A stretch of DNA of 64,000 nt from Acidimicrobiia bacterium. GTDB taxonomy: Bacteria > Acidobacteriota > Vicinamibacteria > Vicinamibacterales > UBA2999. The DNA is taken from the NCBI GenBank assembly GCA_016871255.1, contig VFZH01000003.1, positions 2,427 through 66,426 on the forward strand, given 5' to 3'. Position numbers and translations under genes: made by a program. Each line of letters starts with the position of its first letter. The first letter of the stretch is position 1. Below, in pieces: positions 48,172 to 56,923 of the stretch. Under the pieces are notes generated by a model. That model saw only the letters and a list, made by a program, of their open reading frames with translations. It was not told the DNA's origin and searched no databases.

Positions 48172-48390
48172 ATGTCTTCCAAGGGGCAGATCGTGCTGCC
48201 GGCCGAGCTGCGCGACCGGGACCAGATCGAGAGCGGGCAGGAGTTCGACATCGAGCGGATCGAGCGGGGGGAGTACCGGCTGACGCGGCGGGCGCCGCGG
48301 CCGAATGAAGGGGTCGTCGACTGGCTGCTGTCGTGCCCCGACAAGGGGTACTTCGTGCCGATCGAGTCCGAGTCCACCGACACGCTGTGA
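48172..48390 (+). CDS. vapB: AbrB/SpoVT-type antitoxin (VapB-like)
   Basis: MSSKGQIVLPAELRDR... is a SpoVT-AbrB swapped-hairpin motif. The stop overlaps the VapC GTG start (GTGA). Confidence 0.7.
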   Translation: MSSKGQIVLPAELRDRDQIESGQEFDIERIERGEYRLTRRAPRPNEGVVDWLLSCPDKGYFVPIESESTDTL

Positions 48391-48803
48391 CCTACCTCGT
48401 CGACGCCAACGTGCTCAGCGAGGCCACGAAGGCCCAGCCGAGCGAGGCGTGTGTGGCCTGGCTGCGGCGGCACGAGCGGGAGCTCGCCGTCGACCCGGTC
48501 ATCCTCGGTGAGGTGCGCTACGGCATCCTGCTCCTGCCGAAAGGGAAGCGGCGCACGCGGCTGGAGCGGTGGTTCGACACCGGCGTCCAGCGCCTCCAGT
48601 GTGTGCCGTGGGATGCGGAGATCGGTCTGCGCTGGGCGGAGCTGCTGGCCACGCTGCGCCGGGCCGGGCGCGCGATGCCGATCAAGGACAGCCTGATTGC
48701 CGCAACTGCCTTGACGCACGGGCTGATCGTGGCGACGCGCAACCAGGCGGACTTCAAGGCATCCGGCGTGGCCATGGTGGATCCCTTCGCGCTCGAGTCC
48801 TGA
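48387..48803 (+). CDS. vapC: PIN-domain toxin (VapC family)
   Basis: YLVDANVLSE...DSLIAATALTHGLIVATRNQADF. Confidence 0.85.
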   Translation: MTYLVDANVLSEATKAQPSEACVAWLRRHERELAVDPVILGEVRYGILLLPKGKRRTRLERWFDTGVQRLQCVPWDAEIGLRWAELLATLRRAGRAMPIKDSLIAATALTHGLIVATRNQADFKASGVAMVDPFALES

Positions 48804-48848
48804 CCCCCGGTCGCCTCCCGGGTGCCGACCTGCGACAATACCGGGGTC

Positions 48849-50324
48849 ATGATGAAAAAACTCGGACGCGTGCTGAAGGTCGTGGGGCTGACGCTGGCCG
48901 GGGCGCTGGCCGTGTTCGCCGTGATGTACGTCCTGTTCGACCTGCGGGTGGTGATGACCGGCGGGGGCATGCCGACCCTGCGGTTCGTGATGACCAACGC
49001 CGAGCAGGCCGAGCTGGTGGCCGAACACCGGGCCCGGCAGCAGGCACGGGTGGACGGGGGCGGGCGCCCTGCGCCCACCGCTGTACCGGACGCCGTGCCG
49101 GCCGAGGCCGCTGGCGAGGTGGCGCCAGATGCGCAGGCCGGGACCGCGCCGGCGAGGGCGCCGGCCGCCTACTGGACCGACTTCTTCGGGCCGCTCCGCA
49201 ACGGCGAGTACCGCGAGATGCCGATCAACACCAGCTGGCCGGCCGGCGGGATGGCACCGCTCTGGAAGCAGCCGCTGGGCGCCGGCTACGCGTCGTTCGT
49301 GTTGGCGCGCGGGCGCGCGTTCACGATCGAGCAGCGGGGGCGGGAGGAAGTCGTCGCCGCGTACGACGTCGCCACCGGGCGCGAGCGGTGGACCCATGCG
49401 TGGGCCGCGCGGTTCACCGAGGCGCTGGGTGGTGACGGCCCGCGCGCCACGCCGACCTGGTTCGATGGAGTGGTCTACGCGCTCGGCGCCGAGGGCGAGC
49501 TGCGGGCGCTCGAGGACGCGACCGGGCAGGTCCGGTGGCGGACGAACATGCTCGAGGACGCCGGTGCGCCGAACATCCTCTGGGGCGTGTCGGCCTCTCC
49601 GCTCGTCGTCGACGACACCATCGTCGTCCTGCCCGGCGGTCCGAACGGCCAGTCTGTCGTGGCCTACGACCGCGGGACCGGGAAGAAGGCGTGGAGCGCG
49701 CTGAGCGATCGCGCGGCGTATTCGTCGCCGATGCTCGTGACGCTTGGCGGGGTGCGGCAGCTGCTGGTCCTGACCGCGGAGCGGCTGGCCGGGCTGACGC
49801 CCGACAGCGGACAGGTGCTCTGGGAGTATCCGTGGAGCACGTACAACGACATCACCGTGGCGCAGCCGCTGCTGCTGGGCGACGGGCGGATCTTCGTCTC
49901 GTCCAGCTACGGCACCGGCGCGGCCGTTGTCGAGGTGACCGGGTCCGGCGGATCGTTCTTCGTGCGCGAGGTCTGGAAGAACAACCGGATGAAGAACCGG
50001 TTCTCGAGCTCCGTGCTGCACGACGGGTACATCTACGGGCTCGACGAGAGCATCCTCGCGTGCGTCGATCCCGCGACCGGCGAGCTGCTGTGGAAGGGCG
50101 GGCGGTACGGCTACGGGCAGATCCTGCTGGCCGAGGGGCACCTGATCGTGCTGACCGAAGATGGCGACCTCGCGCTCGTCCGCGCGAATCCCGAGCGGCA
50201 CGAGGAGGTGGCGCGGTTTCCGGTGCTGGACGGCAAGACGTGGAACCACATGGCGATCGGCGGCGGATATCTCCTGGTCCGCAATCTGGCGGAGATGGCC
50301 GCGTTCGACCTGCGGCGGCAGTAG
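48849..50324 (+). CDS. Membrane-anchored PQQ-like (BamB-type) beta-propeller protein
   Basis: MMKKLGRVLKVVGLTLAGALAVFAVMYVLF anchor, then propeller blades (YASFVLARGRAFTIE, VYALGAEGELRALEDATGQVRW, YIYGLDESILACVDPATGELLW). Confidence 0.8.
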   Translation: MMKKLGRVLKVVGLTLAGALAVFAVMYVLFDLRVVMTGGGMPTLRFVMTNAEQAELVAEHRARQQARVDGGGRPAPTAVPDAVPAEAAGEVAPDAQAGTAPARAPAAYWTDFFGPLRNGEYREMPINTSWPAGGMAPLWKQPLGAGYASFVLARGRAFTIEQRGREEVVAAYDVATGRERWTHAWAARFTEALGGDGPRATPTWFDGVVYALGAEGELRALEDATGQVRWRTNMLEDAGAPNILWGVSASPLVVDDTIVVLPGGPNGQSVVAYDRGTGKKAWSALSDRAAYSSPMLVTLGGVRQLLVLTAERLAGLTPDSGQVLWEYPWSTYNDITVAQPLLLGDGRIFVSSSYGTGAAVVEVTGSGGSFFVREVWKNNRMKNRFSSSVLHDGYIYGLDESILACVDPATGELLWKGGRYGYGQILLAEGHLIVLTEDGDLALVRANPERHEEVARFPVLDGKTWNHMAIGGGYLLVRNLAEMAAFDLRRQ

Positions 50325-50328
50325 CAGA

Positions 50329-50595
50329 GTGGCGATCCCGGCGCATCTGCATCCACTGTTCTGGGATACCCGGGTCGACGACTTCGATCCGAAGGCCCAT
50401 CCCCGCTACACGATCGCGCGGGTCCTCGAGCGGGGGGAGGAGGAGGACGTGGCCTGGCTGGCGCGGACGTTTCCCGAGTCGGAGATCCAGGACGTGCTCA
50501 GGACCGATCGTCGCCTGTCCCCGCGGTCTGCCACGTTCTGGGCGCTGGTCTTCCATGTACCCGCTTCGGAGGTCGCTGCCCTGCAGCCGCTCTGA
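50329..50595 (+). CDS. Small conserved hypothetical protein (resembles partners of short AbiEii-type NTases; DUF6922-like from memory)
   Basis: GTG at 50329, 4 nt after the propeller gene stop. 88 aa: LFWDTRVDDFDPKAHPRYTIARVLERGEEEDVAWL... Confidence 0.45.
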   Translation: MAIPAHLHPLFWDTRVDDFDPKAHPRYTIARVLERGEEEDVAWLARTFPESEIQDVLRTDRRLSPRSATFWALVFHVPASEVAALQPL

Positions 50596-50625
50596 GGGAG
50601 CCAGTCAGTTCGTCAGTCTGCGCGG

Positions 50626-50672
50626 GGGGCCGACTGTCCTGGCCTGAGCGAAGCCGAAGGGCAGCCGGCCCG
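50626..50672. repeat. Hairpin repeat family 'REP-2', copy b
   Basis: Core at 50637-50660. The outer stem GGCCGACTGTCC / GGGCAGCCGGCC has 10 of its 12 positions Watson-Crick paired. Confidence 0.8.
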
Positions 50673-50735
50673 GGCGGGGCGTCCCGACCGTCCGGTTGTC
50701 GGGTACTCTTCGGGCAACATCACTGAGACCCTCGC

Positions 50736-51380
50736 GTGTCTGAAGACTCGTCAGCCTGGCACCCTGAAGTGCTGCCTGCGGCGTGGCCCCGGGCCGCACG
50801 CGATCTGGAGCGCCGCGGTGCGCTCAGCGGGTTCTACCTGGCTGGTGGCACGGGCCTCGCGCTCCAGCACGGACACCGGCGTTCGGTCGATCTGGATCTC
50901 TTCCGGGAGGCCGGGTTCGACAGCCGGACGATCGGCGATCGGCTCCGGGGGCAACGGGGCCTGGAGCGTGTGGCGCTCGAGCACGGCACGGTGGACCTGG
51001 TCCTGCACGGTGTGCAGGTCAGCTTCCTTCACTACCCGTACCCGCTGCTCTTCCCGCTGCGTTCGTACGGCGCGCTGTCGGTGGCCGATGCCCGTGACAT
51101 CGCCTGCATGAAGGTGCAGGCGATCGGCGATCGGGGCACCCGCCGCGACTTCGTCGACCTCTACGTTGCTGCCCGCGAGCACGGCCTCGACCAGATCCTG
51201 GACTGGTTCAGCCGGAAGTACGCCGCGGCGGCGTACAGCCGCGCGCACTACCTGAAGGCGATGACCTACTTCCGCGATGCTGAGCAGGATGCCGAGCCTG
51301 ACCTGCTCGCACCGATCGAGTGGCGCTCCGTGACCGGGTTCTTTCTCTCTCAGGTCCCACGCCTGGCGCATCTGTCCTGA
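50736..51380 (+). CDS. Nucleotidyltransferase AbiEii/AbiGii-type toxin family protein
   Basis: GTG start. YLAGGTGLALQHGHRRSVDLDLF...VADARDIACMKVQAIGDRGTRRDFVDLY pattern. Confidence 0.7.
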   Translation: MSEDSSAWHPEVLPAAWPRAARDLERRGALSGFYLAGGTGLALQHGHRRSVDLDLFREAGFDSRTIGDRLRGQRGLERVALEHGTVDLVLHGVQVSFLHYPYPLLFPLRSYGALSVADARDIACMKVQAIGDRGTRRDFVDLYVAAREHGLDQILDWFSRKYAAAAYSRAHYLKAMTYFRDAEQDAEPDLLAPIEWRSVTGFFLSQVPRLAHLS

Positions 51381-51642
51381 GGCGAGGCGGCCATGAGCGC
51401 CACGTGCCGGCCGAGCGCATCGCCGCCGTGGAGTCTCTCCGGAGGCAGGTGGATGCAGGTCGCGCCAGACTTCGACGAGTTCATCGGGTGCTTGACTGCC
51501 CATGGCGTTGAGTCCCGGGCGAAGGGGCGGCAACGGCCGCCGCCACCGGCCCGGCCGACAGACAGCCTGGCGGCACTCGCCGCCCGGTCGTTCGGGTTCA
51601 ACGTGCTCGGGGCCTGAGGCTTCCTCGACTACCATCGACAGG

Positions 51643-54273
51643 ATGCGCCTCGCCTGGATCTGCGCCGCCTGCGGGCTCCTCCTCGGCCCGTGGACCGCGG
51701 CGGCCCAGGTCGCCGGTGACAACGGACGGCCCCAGGCCACGGCCGTGCGGGCGCCCTCGGGCGGGGAGATCCGCATCGACGGGCGGCTCGACGACGCAGC
51801 GTGGGCACTCGCGACGCCCCTCACGGAGTTCGTCCAGAAGGAACCCGTCGAAGGCGCTCCACCAACCGAGCGCATGGAGGTCCGCTTCGTCTACGACGAC
51901 GAGGCGCTGATCGTCGGCGCGCGGCTCTACAACCGGCAGGGCCCCTCGGCCATCCAGGCGCCGCTCAGCCGCCGCGACGAGGTCGATCAGGCCGAGTACC
52001 TCCTCGTCGCCCTCGACCCCTACCTGGATCGCCGCACGGCCTACTGCTTCGGCGTCACGGCGTCGGGCGTCCGGCTCGACCACTTCCACCGCACGGACTC
52101 GGAAACGGACTTCGACGACGGCTTCGACCCGGTCTGGCGCGCGGAGGTGCGCGTAGACGACCAGGGATGGACGGCGGAGCTCTGGATCCCCTTCTCCCAG
52201 CTCCGCTTCAACGATGCGGCCGATCACGTCTGGGGCCTCAACCTGCATCGGCGGACGCCGACGAACAACGAAGACGACTACTGGGTGGCGGTGCCGCGCA
52301 CGGAGCGCGCCTGGTCGTCCGGGTTCGGCCACCTCACCGGCATCCGCGGCATCGACCCGGGCCGCCGCATCGAGATGCTCCCGTACCTCTCGGGCGCCTC
52401 CACGCTCACCGGGCGTCCGGACCGGCGCAACCCGTTCGACGACGGCCGCAACCTGACGTCGGGAGTGGGCATGGACGTGAAGGTGGGCGTGGGCTCGAAC
52501 CTCACGCTCGACGCCACGATCAACCCGGACTTCGGACAGGTCGAGGCGGACCCGGCGGAAGTGAACCTGTCGAACTTCGAGACCTTCTTCAGCGAGCGCC
52601 GCCCCTTCTTCACCGAAGGCAGCTCGCTGCTGACCGGCGGCGCCATCAACTACTTCTACTCGCGCCGCATCGGCGCCGTGCCGCTGGGCGCGCCGGCGGG
52701 CGACTTCGTCGACCACCCGCGCGCGGCCACGATCCTCGGCGCGGCGAAGCTCTCGGGGCGGCTGGCGTCGGGCACGTCGGTCGGCCTGCTGGGGGCCGTC
52801 ACCGCCGGGGAGGAGGCGCGGACGTTCGACCTCGCCACGGCCACGATCCGCGATGTCGCGGTGGCCCCGCGCACCACCTGGGCGGTTGCGCGCCTGCTCC
52901 AGGAGTTCGGCCCCTCGGCATCCACGGCCGGCCTGATGTTCACCGCCGTGCATCGGGACCTGGAGCCGGGGGGACGCCTGACGCCGCTGCTCGCCGAGAA
53001 CGCGTTCACGCTGAGCGGCGACACCGTGCTGCGCCTCAGGGGCGGCGAATACGAAGTCAAGCTGGACGGCGGCCTGACGCACGTGAGCGGCGACCCGGCG
53101 GCCATGCTCCTGGTGCAGCGCGCGAGCCCCCGCTACTTCCAGCGTCCCGACGCGACGCACGTGTCGGTGGATCCGTCGCGCACGTCACTCACGGGAGGCC
53201 GGATGGATGCGTCGATCGAACGGCGCAACGGCCGCCACTGGCTGTGGCTGGCCGCCCTGCGCGTCGAGGCGCCCTCGCTCGAACACAACGACATCGGCCG
53301 CCTGAACAACGGCGACGGCATCCAGCTCGGAACCACGCGCCTCACGTACCGCGAAACGGAGCCGGGACGCGTCTTCCGGAGCTACCAGATCACGGCCAGC
53401 GCGAACAACGAGTGGACGTTCGGCGGCGACCGCTCGGCCAACGAAGCCGGCGGCAGCGTCCAGGCGACGTTCCTCAACTTCTGGTCCGCCACGGTATCGG
53501 GCACCAGGAACCTGCGGACGCTCGACTGGCAGGTCACCCGCGGCGGGCCGTTCGTGCAGACGCCGCGCGGCTGGGTGTGGACCGGCACGCTGCGCAGCCG
53601 GCCGCAGGCCGAAACGGTGTGGAGCGCCACAGGCCGCCACGAGTCGGACGAACACGGCGGCTTCGTGCGCGGCCTGTCAGGCGACGTGTCCCTCCGCCCG
53701 CAGCCGAAGTGGCAGCTCTCGCTCGGTCCGTCCTGGCGCCACGAGACGAACGCGCGGCAGTACGTGACGACGCGTGGCGGCGGGCGGCCGGAGACGTTCG
53801 GGAGCCGCTACGTCTTCGCCGGGATCGAGCGGACGACGGTTTCGGCGGAGGCGCGGTTCAACTACACGTTCAAGCCGGACCTGAACCTGGACGTCTACGC
53901 GGAGCCGTTCGCCGCCAGCGGCCGGTACGGCGGCTTCGGCGAGCTGCTGGCGGCGCGCAGCCGGCTGCTCCGGGAGTACGGCACCGGCGGGACGACGATC
54001 GAGACGCTGGCCGGCGGCGGGCACGCGATCACCGACGGCGCGGACCGCTTCGTGCTGTCGAACCGCGACTTCAACGTGCGCTCGTTCCGGAGCAACGTGG
54101 TGCTGCGGTGGGAATACCGCCCCGGCAGCACGCTGTACCTGGTGTGGCAGCAGGACCGGATGGGCAGCGAGGCCGTGGGCGCCCCGGTCGGCTTCGGCGA
54201 CGCCTTCCGGTCGCTGCAGGCGCCGGGCACCAACTTCCTGGCGGTGAAGGTCAGTTTCTGGCGCGCGGGGTGA
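51643..54273 (+). CDS. CBM9-like + DUF5916 outer-membrane/beta-barrel-type protein
   Basis: Signal peptide, IRIDGRLDDAAWALATPLTEFVQKEPVEGAPPTERMEVRFVYDDEALIVGARL, then a long beta-rich region ending in ...FLAVKVSFWRAG. Confidence 0.75.
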   Translation: MRLAWICAACGLLLGPWTAAAQVAGDNGRPQATAVRAPSGGEIRIDGRLDDAAWALATPLTEFVQKEPVEGAPPTERMEVRFVYDDEALIVGARLYNRQGPSAIQAPLSRRDEVDQAEYLLVALDPYLDRRTAYCFGVTASGVRLDHFHRTDSETDFDDGFDPVWRAEVRVDDQGWTAELWIPFSQLRFNDAADHVWGLNLHRRTPTNNEDDYWVAVPRTERAWSSGFGHLTGIRGIDPGRRIEMLPYLSGASTLTGRPDRRNPFDDGRNLTSGVGMDVKVGVGSNLTLDATINPDFGQVEADPAEVNLSNFETFFSERRPFFTEGSSLLTGGAINYFYSRRIGAVPLGAPAGDFVDHPRAATILGAAKLSGRLASGTSVGLLGAVTAGEEARTFDLATATIRDVAVAPRTTWAVARLLQEFGPSASTAGLMFTAVHRDLEPGGRLTPLLAENAFTLSGDTVLRLRGGEYEVKLDGGLTHVSGDPAAMLLVQRASPRYFQRPDATHVSVDPSRTSLTGGRMDASIERRNGRHWLWLAALRVEAPSLEHNDIGRLNNGDGIQLGTTRLTYRETEPGRVFRSYQITASANNEWTFGGDRSANEAGGSVQATFLNFWSATVSGTRNLRTLDWQVTRGGPFVQTPRGWVWTGTLRSRPQAETVWSATGRHESDEHGGFVRGLSGDVSLRPQPKWQLSLGPSWRHETNARQYVTTRGGGRPETFGSRYVFAGIERTTVSAEARFNYTFKPDLNLDVYAEPFAASGRYGGFGELLAARSRLLREYGTGGTTIETLAGGGHAITDGADRFVLSNRDFNVRSFRSNVVLRWEYRPGSTLYLVWQQDRMGSEAVGAPVGFGDAFRSLQAPGTNFLAVKVSFWRAG

Positions 54274-54369
54274 GCGGGCGTCCGGACGCGTGCAGCGCCA
54301 GCCGTCGCCTTCCCGGCGGTCTGGCGCCGCGGAGCTCGCCCGGCTTCCTGCACCGCGCGCGCCACGCCA

Positions 54370-54564
54370 TCACGGCTCGGCGACGTCCGCCTGGGGTTCC
54401 GCCCGGGTGACGAGTCCGGCCGCCACCTCGAGCTGGGCCATCGTGGCCGCGTTGCAGTTCACATCGAGCTTCGGTACGCAGCCGTTCAGCAGCTGCTTCG
54501 CCCGCAGGGCGGACAGGGTCGCGAATTCATAGGCACCCAGGTGCGCCGGACGGTTGACGTGCAT
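54370..54564 (-). CDS. rpoZ: Possible RNA polymerase omega subunit
   Basis: 64 aa. YEFATLSALRAKQLLNG...ATMAQLEVAAGLV resembles the omega core (xYelvxxaaxRArqL...AlxEiaxG). Assigned on weak evidence. Confidence 0.4.
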   Translation of the reverse strand: MHVNRPAHLGAYEFATLSALRAKQLLNGCVPKLDVNCNAATMAQLEVAAGLVTRAEPQADVAEP

Positions 54565-54739
54565 CGGGAGTTCTCCGCGGCCGCGTCGGGCGCATGCGCA
54601 CGAGGCGACACTGCTCACGTGGACGGGGCTTTGGTGAGGGGATCGTCGCGGCGGGACGGATGCGACGCTCAGAAAAGCACGGTCATCATACCACCGGGGT
54701 AGCCGGGGCCCGCGCGCGGTAACATCGCACCACTTCCCC

Positions 54740-56455
54740 ATGCCGCCGCGCACGCCACCGGACCCGCCGCGGCCGAAGAGCCTCACGGCGGCGCTCGCGG
54801 TCTACACCGAGCGCCCGACGCTGGTGATGATCGCCCTCGGCTTTGCCGGCGGGCTGCCGTTCTACCTGATCTTCGACACGCTCTCCGCCTGGCTCCGCGA
54901 AGACGGGCTGAACCTCGCGGTGATCGGCTACTTCAGCCTGGCCACACTGGTCTACTCCTTCAAGTTCCTGTGGGCGCCGCTGCTCGACCGCACGTCGGTC
55001 CCGTTCCTGACCGCGCGCCTGGGCCACCGCCGCTCCTGGATGCTGGTCACGCAGCTCTGCATCGTGATCGGGCTGTGGCTGATCGCGGGGCAGGATCCGG
55101 CGTCCGATCTCGGCACGATGGCGGCGCTGGCCATCCTCACCGGCGTCTGCGGCGCCACGCAGGACGTGGTGATCGACGCGTGGCGCATCGAGGCGGCGGA
55201 CCAGTCGCGCCAGGGTGCGATGGCGGCGGCCTACCAGTGGGGCTACCGGCTGGCGCTGCTCGCGGCAGGCGCATTGCCGCTGGTCATCGCCCAGTACTAC
55301 TCGTGGCAGGTGTCCTACGCGGTGATGGCCATGTTGATGACCATCGGCATGGCCGCCGCGCTGCTCGCCCCGCGCGAGGCGCAGCACCGGTTGCGCGAGG
55401 TGCGGGGGCTTGAAGGCGTCCGCGTCGCCCCGGCAGCCGAGGCCGCCGAGTGGATGGTGCGACTGACGATCGTCGCGCTGGGCGCGCTGCTGCTCGGCTC
55501 CGGCCTGGCGGCCAACGCCGATGCCCTGTCCGGCTTCACGGCGTTCGTCGGCCTGGCGGGCGTGTCGGGGGCGATTGCCGAGGCGTGGCGGTCGAGCGCG
55601 GCGGTGTGGGTACAGTTCGCGTCGGTCGTCGCCGGCTTCGTCGTGCTGGTGATCGCCACGCGTCCCGTTCCCGGCGTGCGCACACGGCCGGGCGCGTATC
55701 TGGCGGCAGCGCTCGGCGACCCGATCCGCGACTTCCTCGTCCGTTACCGGGGTACGGCGGCGCTGATCCTCGCGCTCATCTGCGGCTACCGCCTGCCGGA
55801 CTTCGTGCTCAACATCATGAACCCCTTCTACCTCGACGTCGGCTTCACGCTGGTCGAGGTGGCGGAGGTGCGGAAGATCTTCGGGGTGGTGGCGACGATG
55901 TCCGGCGTGTTCCTGGGCGGGCTGGCGGTCGCGCGCCTGGGGATGATGCGCGCGCTGATCGTCGGCGCCTTCGGCGGCCCGCTCAGCAACCTGGTGTTCA
56001 TCTGGCTGGCGGCGCGCGGGCACGACCTGCCGTCGCTGTTCGTCGCCATCGGCGTGGAGAACGTCACCGGCGGCTTCGCGGGCACGTGCCTGATCGCCTA
56101 CATGTCGAGCCTGACGTCCGCCGGCTTCACGGCCACGCAGTACGCGCTCTTTTCGTCGCTGTACGCACTGCCCGGCCGCCTGATCGCGTCGCAGTCGGGA
56201 CGGCTGGTCGAGGCGGCGGCGCGGGCCGCGGAGGCGGGCGGCGCGCTCGGACTCTCTGCCGGGATGTTCGCGAACCTGCCGGCGGGCGCGTTCGCCGAGT
56301 CGCTCGATCGATCGGGCGTGAGCCCATCGGCGCTGGCGACGGGCTATGCGGTGTTCTTCACCTACTCGGCCGCGATCGGCATCGCGGCGCTCGTGCTCTC
56401 GTTCGTCGTCGCGGCACGGGAGCGCGAAATGCGTGTGACGGAGGACTCACAATGA
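54740..56455 (+). CDS. ampG: AmpG-family muropeptide/MFS permease
   Basis: VMIALGFAGGLPFYLIFDTLSAWLREDG...FKFLWAPLLDR...GATQDVVIDAWRIE pattern and about 14 TM segments. Confidence 0.85.
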   Translation: MPPRTPPDPPRPKSLTAALAVYTERPTLVMIALGFAGGLPFYLIFDTLSAWLREDGLNLAVIGYFSLATLVYSFKFLWAPLLDRTSVPFLTARLGHRRSWMLVTQLCIVIGLWLIAGQDPASDLGTMAALAILTGVCGATQDVVIDAWRIEAADQSRQGAMAAAYQWGYRLALLAAGALPLVIAQYYSWQVSYAVMAMLMTIGMAAALLAPREAQHRLREVRGLEGVRVAPAAEAAEWMVRLTIVALGALLLGSGLAANADALSGFTAFVGLAGVSGAIAEAWRSSAAVWVQFASVVAGFVVLVIATRPVPGVRTRPGAYLAAALGDPIRDFLVRYRGTAALILALICGYRLPDFVLNIMNPFYLDVGFTLVEVAEVRKIFGVVATMSGVFLGGLAVARLGMMRALIVGAFGGPLSNLVFIWLAARGHDLPSLFVAIGVENVTGGFAGTCLIAYMSSLTSAGFTATQYALFSSLYALPGRLIASQSGRLVEAAARAAEAGGALGLSAGMFANLPAGAFAESLDRSGVSPSALATGYAVFFTYSAAIGIAALVLSFVVAAREREMRVTEDSQ

Positions 56456-56793
56456 GAACAGGCATCACCTTCGGGCTCGTCGTCTGCGCCGCGGTGCTGG
56501 TCGAGCAGCTTCGGCTTCGGCAGCGCGGCCACCGCGCCGGCGGCCTCGCCCCGGGTCGGGATGGCTTCGGGTGGCAGGAACTTGACCGCGTCGCCGGGCT
56601 GCCAGGCCGGGTTGCCCCCGGGGCCTGACGTGGCGAGCCGGACCGACTTCTCGAACCCCGCGCCGGTCACCCCCTGGGCGACCACCGGCTCGCCGAACGG
56701 CGAGCGGCACGCCACCACCGTGGCCGACGCCCCGGCGGCGCCCACGAGCTTGAGCAGGGCCCGCCGACCGATCTTCCCGCGCTGTTCCGACAT
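56362..56793 (-). CDS. Small Tat-signal hypothetical protein
   Basis: GGAGG SD. MSEQRGKIGRRALLKLVGAAGASATVVA is a twin-arginine signal. The 3' end overlaps ampG by 94 nt (convergent). Confidence 0.45.
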   Translation of the reverse strand: MSEQRGKIGRRALLKLVGAAGASATVVACRSPFGEPVVAQGVTGAGFEKSVRLATSGPGGNPAWQPGDAVKFLPPEAIPTRGEAAGAVAALPKPKLLDQHRGADDEPEGDACSHCESSVTRISRSRAATTNESTSAAMPIAAE

Positions 56794-56840
56794 GAGAGGC
56801 CTCCTTGCAGCCAGGGCGGAAATGTGGGCCGCATCATACG

Positions 56841-56859
56841 CGCCGGGAGTAGAATCGGC
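56841..56859 (+). promoter_or_regulatory. 19-nt block CGCCGGGAGTAGAATCGGC (contains the -10-like TAGAAT), identical to 61999-62017
   Basis: Read directly from the sequence. Lies 65 nt upstream of the 56924 ATG. Confidence 0.35.
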
Positions 56860-56923
56860 GCCATTCATCGTCTGGCGCGCTGCAGTTTCCCGTCCCGGCT
56901 GTTTCCGCGAAGAGGGGTGGCAG

